Virus record (IMG/VR): IMGVR_UViG_3300045391_005044
Length of the DNA stretch: 64,000 bases
Strand: one strand, 5' to 3'
Origin: a virus
The notes beneath the pieces were generated by a model that searched no databases, was not told the DNA's origin, and was given only the letters and a program-made list of their open reading frames with translations. Numbering within the stretch: position 1 is the first letter of the stretch; the number at the start of each line of letters is the position of its first letter. Of the stretch, positions 31,789 through 41,494 are shown piece by piece. A program made the position numbers and the translations under genes.

Positions 31789-34539
31789 TTATTTCGATCG
31801 TTTTTTCTTCCTTCCGTATTTTTTGTAGTTCTTTTTAGCCGAATCTCCTTCATCAACCGAAGACTGGCCTGCGGCTTTGAGATCGCTACCGTATTTCTGA
31901 GCAGTAAGACTTTTTGCTGACTCCAGGCCGTCCTGATACAGCCTCGATAATGTCTGCGATCTCACTTCGTAGCTGTCGTTTTTGAAGTCTTCACTGTTGA
32001 TGTACGGCGTGGCCGCTATCAGCCGGAAAGTGCTGGCTTTGTCGATAAGGAATTCATGCTGTTCCGGCGTAAGTTCCACTGAAATGGCATTCCTGCCTTT
32101 CCCAAAGCTCTGTGTTTTGTCCACAGAACTTGGAAACATCTTCTCTCTTTCCTCTTTTTCTACTTCCCCGGCAGAATCAAGCAGTTTTTTGATAGGCCCA
32201 TCGATCACCTCCTTGGACTTGAACACCCCGAATTCTTCCTGCAGCGCCCGGCCAAGGTAATTATCGAAGAACATGTGATCTTTCTTCTTTAAAGCCTCTC
32301 CTTCACCAGCCAGGGAGTAGTACTTGTTTTTCATGTCCTTGCCTCCCTGAAACAGGAATTTATACCCGAGCATGTTGGCGACGTTTTCTCCAAAGGATTG
32401 ATCACGATCGTATGCCTGCTTTTTGTTTTCATCGGTGGACATCGATAACTTCTGCACCGTAGAAGGCTCTATGCCTCCAAGTGTAGAAGACAGTAGCGAA
32501 AGGGCGTATTTGTTCATCTTGTCATTGTCGGATTTCATTGCTTCCAGCAGCTGATTGGTTCCTGACAGGAACGTGAGATCAAGTGAAGATCCCAACAGAG
32601 ACAGACCTAGTTCTCCGGGGTGAGCCAGAGCTCTCGAAAATTTAACCTGATCCTTTTTCTCCTCTTCGGAGTATTTGTTGTATGTCCTGGCGTATGTTCC
32701 GAGCACTACTCCGAGAATACCCAAAGAGTTTAGATCGACGGTTCGATCTCCTTTTTGCCATTTACCGTCTCCACCTGTCATTATCCGTAGCATAGCACTC
32801 CAATTCACCCGGTTTGCCCCACCCAGCTGCTGCTCGATGACGTCCAGTGTTTTTCTCTTTTCGTCACCAAAGCCGGCTGTTATTGCTCCTGCAGCAATGG
32901 CCTGGAAAGCTACAGATCGGAGGTAATACCCAACCGCCGCATGAGCTATGCCATCAACAAGGATCTGTTGACGCTCATTGCCATTTTTAGCGTTCACCGC
33001 AAGAAATGTGGCCCTTCCGATTTCATATTCCGGTAGCAGGTATCTGGATGCCAATCTTACGATATTAATTGGCGTTTTTATAAACGGCGCCACCATTGTT
33101 ACTGCCCACGCAGATAGACCGGTTCTAACCTTAGCAACAAAAGGACTTGATCCGTCAGCAATGAGTTTTTTGTATCTCTCCCGAGGGTTGTAATTGAGCT
33201 TCTGCACCAATTTATTATCCGACCGGAAGGTTACTTCTTCTGCCAGCTTTGTGGCAACCTCTATGCTTTCCTGATCCGGATTTAGCATAAATAGCTCTTT
33301 TTCTGCCCCGGTAAGGCCTTTCTGCGTGGCGATATTCTCCAGTTCACTCCTCACGAAATTATCGTAGAAAAAGGCATCTGTGGCCCCCAGGGTCCTTTTT
33401 ATGAAGTCGGGTGTAACCTTTAGCGCCAAAGCTACGGCGTTGATCACCTTTTGCTTGCCGTGAGAGTCGATGAATTTTTTGTATGCCGTTACGGAATTCA
33501 GGTAGTCTGATGCTGGGAGGGTGCGGTCAAATTCCGTGCGCCCGTATCCCCAGGATTCCATTGAGTTTTTGAATGACTTGTCGGCATTCATAAGCCCGCC
33601 AATGAACCTGGCGCCGATCCTGCCAGACTTTGTTCCGTATTTTTTCTGGGTAACCGGATTTATCATTGCCGACAATACTCCAGAAACCAGATTTTTGGGC
33701 TGGCGTACAGCGAGATCAAATGCAGCTCCTGTCAAGTTTTTGAGAAGGGAGACCGGCGTCATTAGGTTCATTCGGATATTGTCCGCCAGGTCCCAGGCCC
33801 AGAATGATTTTTCACGCAGGTACTGCGCAAGCTTTGTTTGCGACCGGTTCACCTCAGATTTTGCTTTTTGCTGGCGAATAGCAAGGGCTTTTATCTTTTC
33901 GATAAGCTCCTTGTCCTGCTCCTTCGTCACTTTTCCATCCTGAGCGCCCTTGAGATCATCAATTTCTTTGTATAGAGACTGTATCTCCGAGTCAATCTTG
34001 TCATATTCCTTCATTGCTGACGAACTCTTTTTGATGAGATCTTTTATCTCGTCATTCATTGCAGGAATTCCAACGGCTTCAGCATACGCATCCATGACGT
34101 CATCATGTAAAAGCACGCCTTGGCTTTCAAATTTATCATACATTTTTTTAGCCACAGCCTTCTGCTGATCTTGAGTAAGACCAGTGAATTTGCCAACAGC
34201 TTTTTCTATCTTTCTTTGCTCTCTGAATGCTTCCTGTTCAATCTTTTTTTGTTCGGCTTTAGCTTCAACTGCTTGTTTTTTTTCCTCGTCAGTAAGCCTC
34301 TTTCTTTTGCCGCCAAAAGTATATGATTCATCCAAGATCCCCTTTTCTTTCATGGCAGACACGATCGGATCAACGAAGCTAGAAACTTCGAAATCAAGAT
34401 CCGGGTGTTTATCCTGTATCTCAGAAATTGCATACCTGAAAGATTTAGTGGCATTGCCGGTAAGCATAAATGATCTCTCCAGGGCTTCAATTCCGGTATT
34501 GTACGCTTCAGCACTATCTTTTATATCACACTTTTTCAT
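31789..34539 (-). CDS. large virion protein (916 aa), possible internal/ejection protein
   Basis: Long ORF with a K/E-rich coiled N-terminal third. Sits between the giant proteins and the fibre cluster. No enzymatic motif recognised. Confidence 0.4.
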   Translation of the reverse strand: MKKCDIKDSAEAYNTGIEALERSFMLTGNATKSFRYAISEIQDKHPDLDFEVSSFVDPIVSAMKEKGILDESYTFGGKRKRLTDEEKKQAVEAKAEQKKIEQEAFREQRKIEKAVGKFTGLTQDQQKAVAKKMYDKFESQGVLLHDDVMDAYAEAVGIPAMNDEIKDLIKKSSSAMKEYDKIDSEIQSLYKEIDDLKGAQDGKVTKEQDKELIEKIKALAIRQQKAKSEVNRSQTKLAQYLREKSFWAWDLADNIRMNLMTPVSLLKNLTGAAFDLAVRQPKNLVSGVLSAMINPVTQKKYGTKSGRIGARFIGGLMNADKSFKNSMESWGYGRTEFDRTLPASDYLNSVTAYKKFIDSHGKQKVINAVALALKVTPDFIKRTLGATDAFFYDNFVRSELENIATQKGLTGAEKELFMLNPDQESIEVATKLAEEVTFRSDNKLVQKLNYNPRERYKKLIADGSSPFVAKVRTGLSAWAVTMVAPFIKTPINIVRLASRYLLPEYEIGRATFLAVNAKNGNERQQILVDGIAHAAVGYYLRSVAFQAIAAGAITAGFGDEKRKTLDVIEQQLGGANRVNWSAMLRIMTGGDGKWQKGDRTVDLNSLGILGVVLGTYARTYNKYSEEEKKDQVKFSRALAHPGELGLSLLGSSLDLTFLSGTNQLLEAMKSDNDKMNKYALSLLSSTLGGIEPSTVQKLSMSTDENKKQAYDRDQSFGENVANMLGYKFLFQGGKDMKNKYYSLAGEGEALKKKDHMFFDNYLGRALQEEFGVFKSKEVIDGPIKKLLDSAGEVEKEEREKMFPSSVDKTQSFGKGRNAISVELTPEQHEFLIDKASTFRLIAATPYINSEDFKNDSYEVRSQTLSRLYQDGLESAKSLTAQKYGSDLKAAGQSSVDEGDSAKKNYKKYGRKKKRSK

Positions 34540-34542
34540 AGA

Positions 34543-37500
34543 TTAGCAATCTTTAAGGTCGTTTTTCAATGAAGCGAAAAGAGATGCAGCCTTGTTGGAC
34601 TTTTCTTCTCCAAGCACTGATTTTGATATTTCAGCTATTTTTTCATTCACGGCTTTTTGTAAATTCTGGCTCCATTCGGCTTGAATCTCTTCATTCGCGG
34701 ATTTTATTTGAGACTTTTCTTTTTCAGTAAGCGTTTCTTCCTGAATAGATTTCACCTTCTGATGTACAGCCTCTCTAGTAAGTGCTTCTGAGGAAGAAAC
34801 GGTTCCCAGTTCCTTATTCACAACATCCTGAAGAGACGCTTGCACACCCGCATTGTAACCGAAATCTGTAAATTTGGTGTACAACTTACCGGCGATCGAC
34901 ATCAACATGTCTGCTTCTGCTGGATTTATTCCTTCTCTTTCAGAAAGCTCGGCTATTCTTTTTGCCATGAATCCATAAGCAACTCCATTCACTATGTCAG
35001 GAAATATGCTTTTACCGTTTGCCATGTCCGTTGCCAATTCTACAAGGGAGCCCTCTTTTTGAAACTGATCAAGCTTTTTGGACACATACTCAGCCACTTT
35101 TTTCTTTTTTGTGACATTGTACATGACGTCTTCTTCAGAAACGCTTCCTCTCAGTTTTTTAAATTCAGGATCGTCTTCTATTCTCGCAATTGATTTTTTC
35201 TTTTTCTTTTCTCCATCAGAAAAATCAACACTTTCTGTAGATTTATTTTGTTCACCCGGTTTACTCTCTTCTGTTTCTTGAGTTGATTTTTTTTCGGGCT
35301 CACTCTTTTCTTTTTCAGCAGAAGGCTTTTTCTCCTTATCAACGGAAGGCGTTTTAGGCGTCTCCTCCTCTTTTTTCAAGGTGGCTTCAACTTCTTTTTC
35401 AAAAGTATCTTCATCAATAATTCCGGCATCCACCAGCTTTTGGTATTTTGGATTTTTGACCTTTATGTATGCAACCGCTTTTTTAACGGCTTTCGCCAAG
35501 TCATACCCTCCTTTATCAATGACCAGAACTGTAGCTTTTGATGTAAGATCAATGAGATCAGAAACAACCTTTGGAGTAACACCGGGAGCAGAGAAGGCTT
35601 TATTCATTTTGGTTCCATCTCCAAGTATTTTTTTCTTGACGTCCTCGAAAAACTGTTCAGCCTTTATTTTTGCCTCTTCCTTATCAAGATCAAATTTCCC
35701 ACCAAGCACCTGGGCAGCTTTTCTTTTGTATTCAGTATAAGTAGATCTCGATATTTTGTCCTCGTTGCGCATCTTATACGCGCGTTCTATCATACCCTTA
35801 AATTTTTTCTCTACCTTGTCCTTTTCGGACATCTTCTTCATAACCTCCAGATCGTCGTTTATTTTTTGAAGAGATGCCGGATCTTCTTTTTTTGTGTCGT
35901 CAGACTCTTCTTCAGATAGCTCCTGCTTAGTAGCGGCTTGTTTCTGCGGCTGTTCTTCTACAGCCTCTTCTTCTGAAACTTTCTCTGTCGGCTTTTTGTT
36001 GCGCATCCCCTCAAGAGCATCGTATTTGTCAGATTGAATGGGAAGCTCTGCACCGGTCTTTACGCTGGTGTATTTAGCAACATTTTTGTCATTCACTTCA
36101 ACATAGAAATCTTGACCGGCAACCCTCATCGTCTTTCGCTCCTCTGGCTTAATTTCCGGATTGACATTGTTTTCTTCTGTCGATGCGACCTCTTTTTCGT
36201 TCTCGTATTTATGGGTATCATTGAAGGCCTTATCGGCCTGCTCTTGAACCTGCTTGCTTACCTTTGATAATTCACCGCCTATACTCTGCTTCCACTCTCC
36301 GTTGTCAAACACCATATTCCTTTCCAGTCCTCCTTTTATTTGAGCCGGTAGAGACACTTTCATTTCAATGGGAGCACTTTCTTCCTTAGCAGGGGTTTCT
36401 ACGGACAATTCAACAGGCTTCCTGGCTTCAGTACTGTCGACTTCTGTCAGACCTTCCTGCTGCATTTTGTTGTCTTCATCGGTAGTTAATACTTCGGCTT
36501 CGTTGGTTTTTTTGACTTTTTCATCTTTTTGCTGTTTTTCGTTTAATATTTCCTCTTCAAGTCCATCCAGAATATCGTTGTCATCTACGTCTGGTATTCC
36601 GTTCAGAGCATTTTGTATACGCTCATCAATGCTGGCTACCTCTTCCTTTTTAATGGATTTGAAGTTGCTGTCCACTGACTTCTCCTCCTGCTCTTTGATC
36701 ATTTTGTTGATCATTTCAGGAAGAATATCGATCTGCTTTTCTACGGGAATGTTTTGATCCATTTTCTTTAAAGCCTCTGATGCGATAGTTATATTTTGCA
36801 TCACATCAGCTGCTTTTTGATCGGATATTTGCCCCGACTTAATCATGCTCTCCAAAGAGCCTATTACTTTATCCGGAGCATAGGCAGCCATGTATAAAGA
36901 TTGCTTGTCCAAAGAAGATCTTGTCTTTATGGAGCTTTTGCCACTTATTCCAAGTGTTGTAAGAGCCGTAATAATAGACGTTTCTATCATTTGCTCCCCA
37001 AGACTTTGCCTGGCGGATGACAGTTCACCGGATAATTCCTTTGAGGCATATTTATTGGCTACCTCGTCCAAAAGCTGTAAATTCTCCTGAGCTACTTCTG
37101 GAACAGTCTTCTTTATTATTTCTTTCGTGGTCTCGAGCAGCGCTTCTTTTCTCGTAGCACCGCTGGCAACCTTCTTTGAAAACTCAGCAATGTCGCCTTT
37201 TATTTTGCCAGGAGTGATCAGCTTTTCATTTGGAGACACTAATTCCAAAAGCGCCTGCTGTGTGGCCAGTGATCTTGAAAAGTTTACAGCTTCTCTTTCT
37301 GACATTCCAGCTTCTTTGGCTTCGTCATAGTAACCAGAAGCGCTCATTACGTATCCTGAAACAACAGATCCCATAGATGACGCGGCTTCACCGCTGAGAG
37401 CTGGTGCAGCGATCTCTCCCGTCCCCTTTGTCAGTGCGATCATAATTGCCATGTCGGTAGCTGTTCCGGCAACCTTTCCTGGAAGATACTTTAGGTTCCA

Positions 37501-39102
37501 ATTACCGTCTTCAAGGAGCGGTTTGTCAAGGCCTGTAGGGGCTGTAATATATTCATCGTTGAAGTCGTCAATATTTGACTTCGTTATGTCATATAGCTTG
37601 TCTGTCCATCCATACTCCGAATTAGAAGTAAGAGATTTTGGTATATACGACAGCTTTGATAATGTGTTTGTGATAGCTCTTGACACCGATTCACCAACTC
37701 CGAAATCGGTGACTTTTCCCTCAACAAAATCTTTTTCCTTTTGCTTTTTAGCCTTCTGCTCTATAAGCTTTTTGTATTCAGGAAGATCTTTAAATGCTTC
37801 TGGGTTTTTAGTAGCCAAATCATAATATTGAGAAGAAAGATCGTTGTAATTTTTTTGAACGTCTGACATCAGTTGAGTAGCATCCATGAAATCCTGATCC
37901 TGTTTTATCTCATCCTGTCTTTTTCTTTTTTGTTCAAATGACGTGGCGAGCTCATTTCTTTTAGCGAGTAGAGCCTCTGTTTCTTTTCTGTTGGAAGCAT
38001 TTGGAATTACCTGCCCTTGTTCGTTTTTAGGTAATTTATCAATTTGAGCTTGTATTGAGGCCAACTGATCGTAATCCTTTTGAATATCAGAGTTCAATGT
38101 ATTGAATTCTGACACCTTGTCTTTGTAGTAGTTATTTATATTGTTCTCGGCCATTTGATATTTAGCCTTGAACGCCTTTGTTTTCAATTCAAAAGCTTTG
38201 GATTGTAACTCGGCTTGGTATCTTTCCAGCGCGAGCTGATCCTCTGATGTGTCTTCCTTATCCTCCCCAGTTTTCTTGTCTTTTTCTACTGTTCCCCGAA
38301 GACTGGTTAGTTTCTCCTGGGTATAATTATACTCGTCTGGGTTTTTAGCCTTCAGATATTCCATGTAAAAATCGACAGTGGAATGCTTGTCTGAAATTGG
38401 AAGATTCATTGCAGCCCTCTTTGGAAGAAAATCCTTATCGTAGAAATCCGCCACATCCTTCAGTTCTTCTTCTTTTTTGTCATTAAGATACTGAATTGCT
38501 CCTCGCTGATCGTTGTCGCTCATGGTTAGCGAGTTCAGATACGGTATATTGGAATTATCTGTTTTTGTTGTGGTTGATATTGGGGTAGATCTTCTTTTGC
38601 CAAGAGGAGAAAACGTGGTGTATGAAGATGGCTGATCAATTTTCTTCCCGAAAATTTCATCTTCTGTTGGGATTGAAAGTTTCTGCTTTCCTTCCAGGTC
38701 AATTATCTGCTTCTCGTATTCCTGCTCTTCCTTAGAAAGAGGCTGTACCTTTGCTGGAGTATACGGAACAGATGGCTGCTCTCCAACAGGAGCCAGCGTA
38801 AATGGATTTACTCTTCCTGGAAGATCAAACTGACCTGCAGATGCCGATGGTGTAGCTGTTAATCCTGATGTTCCACCTGCCAAAACTGATGGTGCACTTG
38901 TATTTACGACTGCCGGATTTGAGGTAGATGGTGATGGACCTGCTACACTTTTTTTTTTAACGAGGTCTACCTGGTCGGCATACTCTGGATACTTCTGAAC
39001 CATTTTCGAGGCCAATTCAAAATCATCAACATCCTTGTAATCTGGATATTTTGCTTTTATGGCCTGAGCGAACTCTGTGTATGATTTTCTTCCTTCTGGC
39101 AT
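34543..39102 (-). CDS. giant virion protein (1519 aa), coiled-coil rich
   Basis: Uninterrupted 4.56-kb ORF with extensive K/E/Q heptad-like stretches and S/T/P linkers. Function unknown. Confidence 0.45.
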   Translation of the reverse strand: MPEGRKSYTEFAQAIKAKYPDYKDVDDFELASKMVQKYPEYADQVDLVKKKSVAGPSPSTSNPAVVNTSAPSVLAGGTSGLTATPSASAGQFDLPGRVNPFTLAPVGEQPSVPYTPAKVQPLSKEEQEYEKQIIDLEGKQKLSIPTEDEIFGKKIDQPSSYTTFSPLGKRRSTPISTTTKTDNSNIPYLNSLTMSDNDQRGAIQYLNDKKEEELKDVADFYDKDFLPKRAAMNLPISDKHSTVDFYMEYLKAKNPDEYNYTQEKLTSLRGTVEKDKKTGEDKEDTSEDQLALERYQAELQSKAFELKTKAFKAKYQMAENNINNYYKDKVSEFNTLNSDIQKDYDQLASIQAQIDKLPKNEQGQVIPNASNRKETEALLAKRNELATSFEQKRKRQDEIKQDQDFMDATQLMSDVQKNYNDLSSQYYDLATKNPEAFKDLPEYKKLIEQKAKKQKEKDFVEGKVTDFGVGESVSRAITNTLSKLSYIPKSLTSNSEYGWTDKLYDITKSNIDDFNDEYITAPTGLDKPLLEDGNWNLKYLPGKVAGTATDMAIMIALTKGTGEIAAPALSGEAASSMGSVVSGYVMSASGYYDEAKEAGMSEREAVNFSRSLATQQALLELVSPNEKLITPGKIKGDIAEFSKKVASGATRKEALLETTKEIIKKTVPEVAQENLQLLDEVANKYASKELSGELSSARQSLGEQMIETSIITALTTLGISGKSSIKTRSSLDKQSLYMAAYAPDKVIGSLESMIKSGQISDQKAADVMQNITIASEALKKMDQNIPVEKQIDILPEMINKMIKEQEEKSVDSNFKSIKKEEVASIDERIQNALNGIPDVDDNDILDGLEEEILNEKQQKDEKVKKTNEAEVLTTDEDNKMQQEGLTEVDSTEARKPVELSVETPAKEESAPIEMKVSLPAQIKGGLERNMVFDNGEWKQSIGGELSKVSKQVQEQADKAFNDTHKYENEKEVASTEENNVNPEIKPEERKTMRVAGQDFYVEVNDKNVAKYTSVKTGAELPIQSDKYDALEGMRNKKPTEKVSEEEAVEEQPQKQAATKQELSEEESDDTKKEDPASLQKINDDLEVMKKMSEKDKVEKKFKGMIERAYKMRNEDKISRSTYTEYKRKAAQVLGGKFDLDKEEAKIKAEQFFEDVKKKILGDGTKMNKAFSAPGVTPKVVSDLIDLTSKATVLVIDKGGYDLAKAVKKAVAYIKVKNPKYQKLVDAGIIDEDTFEKEVEATLKKEEETPKTPSVDKEKKPSAEKEKSEPEKKSTQETEESKPGEQNKSTESVDFSDGEKKKKKSIARIEDDPEFKKLRGSVSEEDVMYNVTKKKKVAEYVSKKLDQFQKEGSLVELATDMANGKSIFPDIVNGVAYGFMAKRIAELSEREGINPAEADMLMSIAGKLYTKFTDFGYNAGVQASLQDVVNKELGTVSSSEALTREAVHQKVKSIQEETLTEKEKSQIKSANEEIQAEWSQNLQKAVNEKIAEISKSVLGEEKSNKAASLFASLKNDLKDC

Positions 39103-39112
39103 ATGGTGTTAC

Positions 39113-40684
39113 TTAGAAAAGACCCAGCGGATCATTTTTCTTTTTAGATGATTTCTCTTCTTTAGGTGAAGGCTGAGATTTGCCAATGTTTTTGGCGTGA
39201 TCTTCAACCTCTTTTATCTTTTCATCAAAGCCCTTGCTTAGTTTGCCTTTTACGTCTGCAACAGGAACAACGATTGAAACCGGGTTTCTGTTTCCTTCTC
39301 CTTTTTCATCAGCAGTAGAAACTGAATTCACAACCGCTCCCGGTTCAAACCTTATATTGTGATTATTGTAGTACAGGCCTTTTTCTTTAAGGTCCTTTAC
39401 TTCCTGAGGAGTATAGAATTTCTTGTTGGCAACGTCATATGGCATTACACCAACATATTGAACCTCTCCTTTTATATTACCTGTTTCTTCTGAAAGGTTA
39501 TTCCCACTGAGATCTTTTGTCTTGCCAGAAAGAACAAACGTAAGAGGCTTTGACTGATCCTTTGCCTTCGTGTTATATCCAAACTCAGAGTGAGCTGACT
39601 CTACAGTTGAATTTCCACCTGGATCTGTTTTTGTAAAATTGAACGCCTTATCCGTTTCTGGAACCGAATCGGAGTAGTCGGTGTCGCCATAACCATCTCT
39701 TTTCTGAGATACAGAAACGTTGCTTTTCTTTCTCGTCCAGTTAGTATAGTTGTCCACATTCCTGTTGATGTAGTCGTCAGTGAAATAGTCGCTACCGTGG
39801 TACACCTGCTTGATCCTCTCCTTAATTCCCTGTTTTTGCTCTGGCGTTAGGCTTTCAATAGTGCCTTCGTATGCGGATACCAACTCTGGATTGCTGTCAT
39901 CGTAGTAGGCGTATCCTTTTTGATTAGCTACCATGTTCTTTACGGCATCGTTGTACACGTCACTAAAGTCTCGATCGAGCTTGTACTGTCGGTAATAATC
40001 ACCTACTTTTTTAAAGTCTGGGCTTGACGGGTTCATGGCACTGAGCAATTTTTTTTCAGACGCCTGAAAGCTTGGAGAAGGAACAAAATTGCCTGTCTTT
40101 ATTTCTTCATCAAACATTGCTTTTGTCTGCACAATGTCGTCTCCGTATTTCGCCAGATCCTGCATGGATTTGTTCCATTGCTGGAAATTGGTGTCTTTAT
40201 CCAACAGCTTGTTGGCGATCACCTGATCACCTCCTGCTTTTCGAAGTGCGCTTTTCCTGTAAGACTCCAGGCCCTCATAATATTGCTTGGTAAGCTCCGG
40301 ATTGATGTTTACCAGCTTGCTGGATGGAGCCTTATACATTTTGTTGAACTCATCCAGCTCCTTCACCTTATTCATCGCTGCTCGCTGAATGGCCGACTCT
40401 CTGGCATCAATCATGCCGAGTGGAACAAGTCCTCCACCTGGAGCAAAAAGAGTGAGCGATCCCACCTGACTTCCGCTATAGCCTCCGACTGCTACCTGGT
40501 TGTTAACGTCCGGATAATAGTCAGTTAACGGCAAAGGACCCGTGTTCGGCTTCTGGGTTTCTCTGTATATGGAAAGTTCTTCCGGAGAAAGGCTCGACGT
40601 TACGTCAAAAGAGTTTACGTTCAAGTCAGAAGGCGGCGCCTTTGATTGTATGTTGTTGAGTAATGATTTATCTCCGATTGCCAT
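39113..40684 (-). CDS. virion protein (523 aa), hypothetical
   Basis: Long ORF in the structural block. Confidence 0.5.
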   Translation of the reverse strand: MAIGDKSLLNNIQSKAPPSDLNVNSFDVTSSLSPEELSIYRETQKPNTGPLPLTDYYPDVNNQVAVGGYSGSQVGSLTLFAPGGGLVPLGMIDARESAIQRAAMNKVKELDEFNKMYKAPSSKLVNINPELTKQYYEGLESYRKSALRKAGGDQVIANKLLDKDTNFQQWNKSMQDLAKYGDDIVQTKAMFDEEIKTGNFVPSPSFQASEKKLLSAMNPSSPDFKKVGDYYRQYKLDRDFSDVYNDAVKNMVANQKGYAYYDDSNPELVSAYEGTIESLTPEQKQGIKERIKQVYHGSDYFTDDYINRNVDNYTNWTRKKSNVSVSQKRDGYGDTDYSDSVPETDKAFNFTKTDPGGNSTVESAHSEFGYNTKAKDQSKPLTFVLSGKTKDLSGNNLSEETGNIKGEVQYVGVMPYDVANKKFYTPQEVKDLKEKGLYYNNHNIRFEPGAVVNSVSTADEKGEGNRNPVSIVVPVADVKGKLSKGFDEKIKEVEDHAKNIGKSQPSPKEEKSSKKKNDPLGLF

Positions 40685-40686
40685 AT

Positions 40687-41493
40687 TTATGATATATTTC
40701 CCGGTAAAACTAAAGAGGCATCACCGATTGGAGATTGGTTCATGGTTCCAATGTTTTTCTGCAAATTAAGCAAATCAGTGTATATTCCTGGCTGGTATGA
40801 TCCGGGAGCAGATTGAGTAGATTGCGGTTGAGATTGAGCGGAAGGTTGGTTTCCAGACATGCCCCTTCCAATGCCTGCCAACAGGTTTTGATTAGCCTGC
40901 TGCTTCATTTTTGCCCATTCGGCTCTGTACTGCTGGCTTCTTGCCAATTGCAACTGCATTTTTTTTGCAGAGATCTGGTTCAGCATGTTTTCATACATTG
41001 CGTTATATTGGGTCTGTTGCTGCTGTCCTTGCGCAAGAACTGCGTTTTTTGAGTCACCTGCAGCTCTTTCTGACTGAAGGAGCCCTTGAATAGTTCCTCC
41101 TACATCTCCTCCGGTAGACTTCACAATTGCATCATTGGTGCCAGCATTTGTGGTATCAATGGCGCCCATGCCGGCAGCAAAATCTGCTCCAGTGTCGATC
41201 GATTTTCTCTTTTGTCCCAATTCAGCCAAAAATGCTGCCTGGTTTGGATCTACCAGGTCAGGAAACGCTTGATTTGCTTTCTTTTTTAGGTTTGCCGCCT
41301 GTATCTCTTGTAGAAGGCCAAGACCGGCAGAAAGTCCAGCTGTGGATCCCGATTTCCCACCTGATCCTCCCTTTTTGCTTACAGCTCCTCCCAATGCTTT
41401 ACCCGCAGTTGAGCCAACGGCACCCCCTATTCCCGGAAGAGCAATGTTACCGGCAATTCCACCTGCAACTCCTAATATGCTTGAAAGATCCAT
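40687..41493 (-). CDS. Gly-rich / Gln-rich virion protein
   Basis: N-terminal GGIAGNIALPGIGGAVGSTAGKALGGAVSKKGGSGGKSG and C-terminal Q-rich segment (QGQQQQTQ, SAQSQPQSTQS). Confidence 0.5.
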   Translation of the reverse strand: MDLSSILGVAGGIAGNIALPGIGGAVGSTAGKALGGAVSKKGGSGGKSGSTAGLSAGLGLLQEIQAANLKKKANQAFPDLVDPNQAAFLAELGQKRKSIDTGADFAAGMGAIDTTNAGTNDAIVKSTGGDVGGTIQGLLQSERAAGDSKNAVLAQGQQQQTQYNAMYENMLNQISAKKMQLQLARSQQYRAEWAKMKQQANQNLLAGIGRGMSGNQPSAQSQPQSTQSAPGSYQPGIYTDLLNLQKNIGTMNQSPIGDASLVLPGNIS

Positions 41494-41494
41494 T

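Noticed and set aside
34543-39102. Calling the 1519-aa coiled-coil protein a tape measure protein.
   Set aside because: There are no adjacent tail-tube, chaperone-frameshift or sheath genes, and no lytic domain. The gene order fits internal/ejection proteins equally well, so it is left as a virion protein of unknown role.
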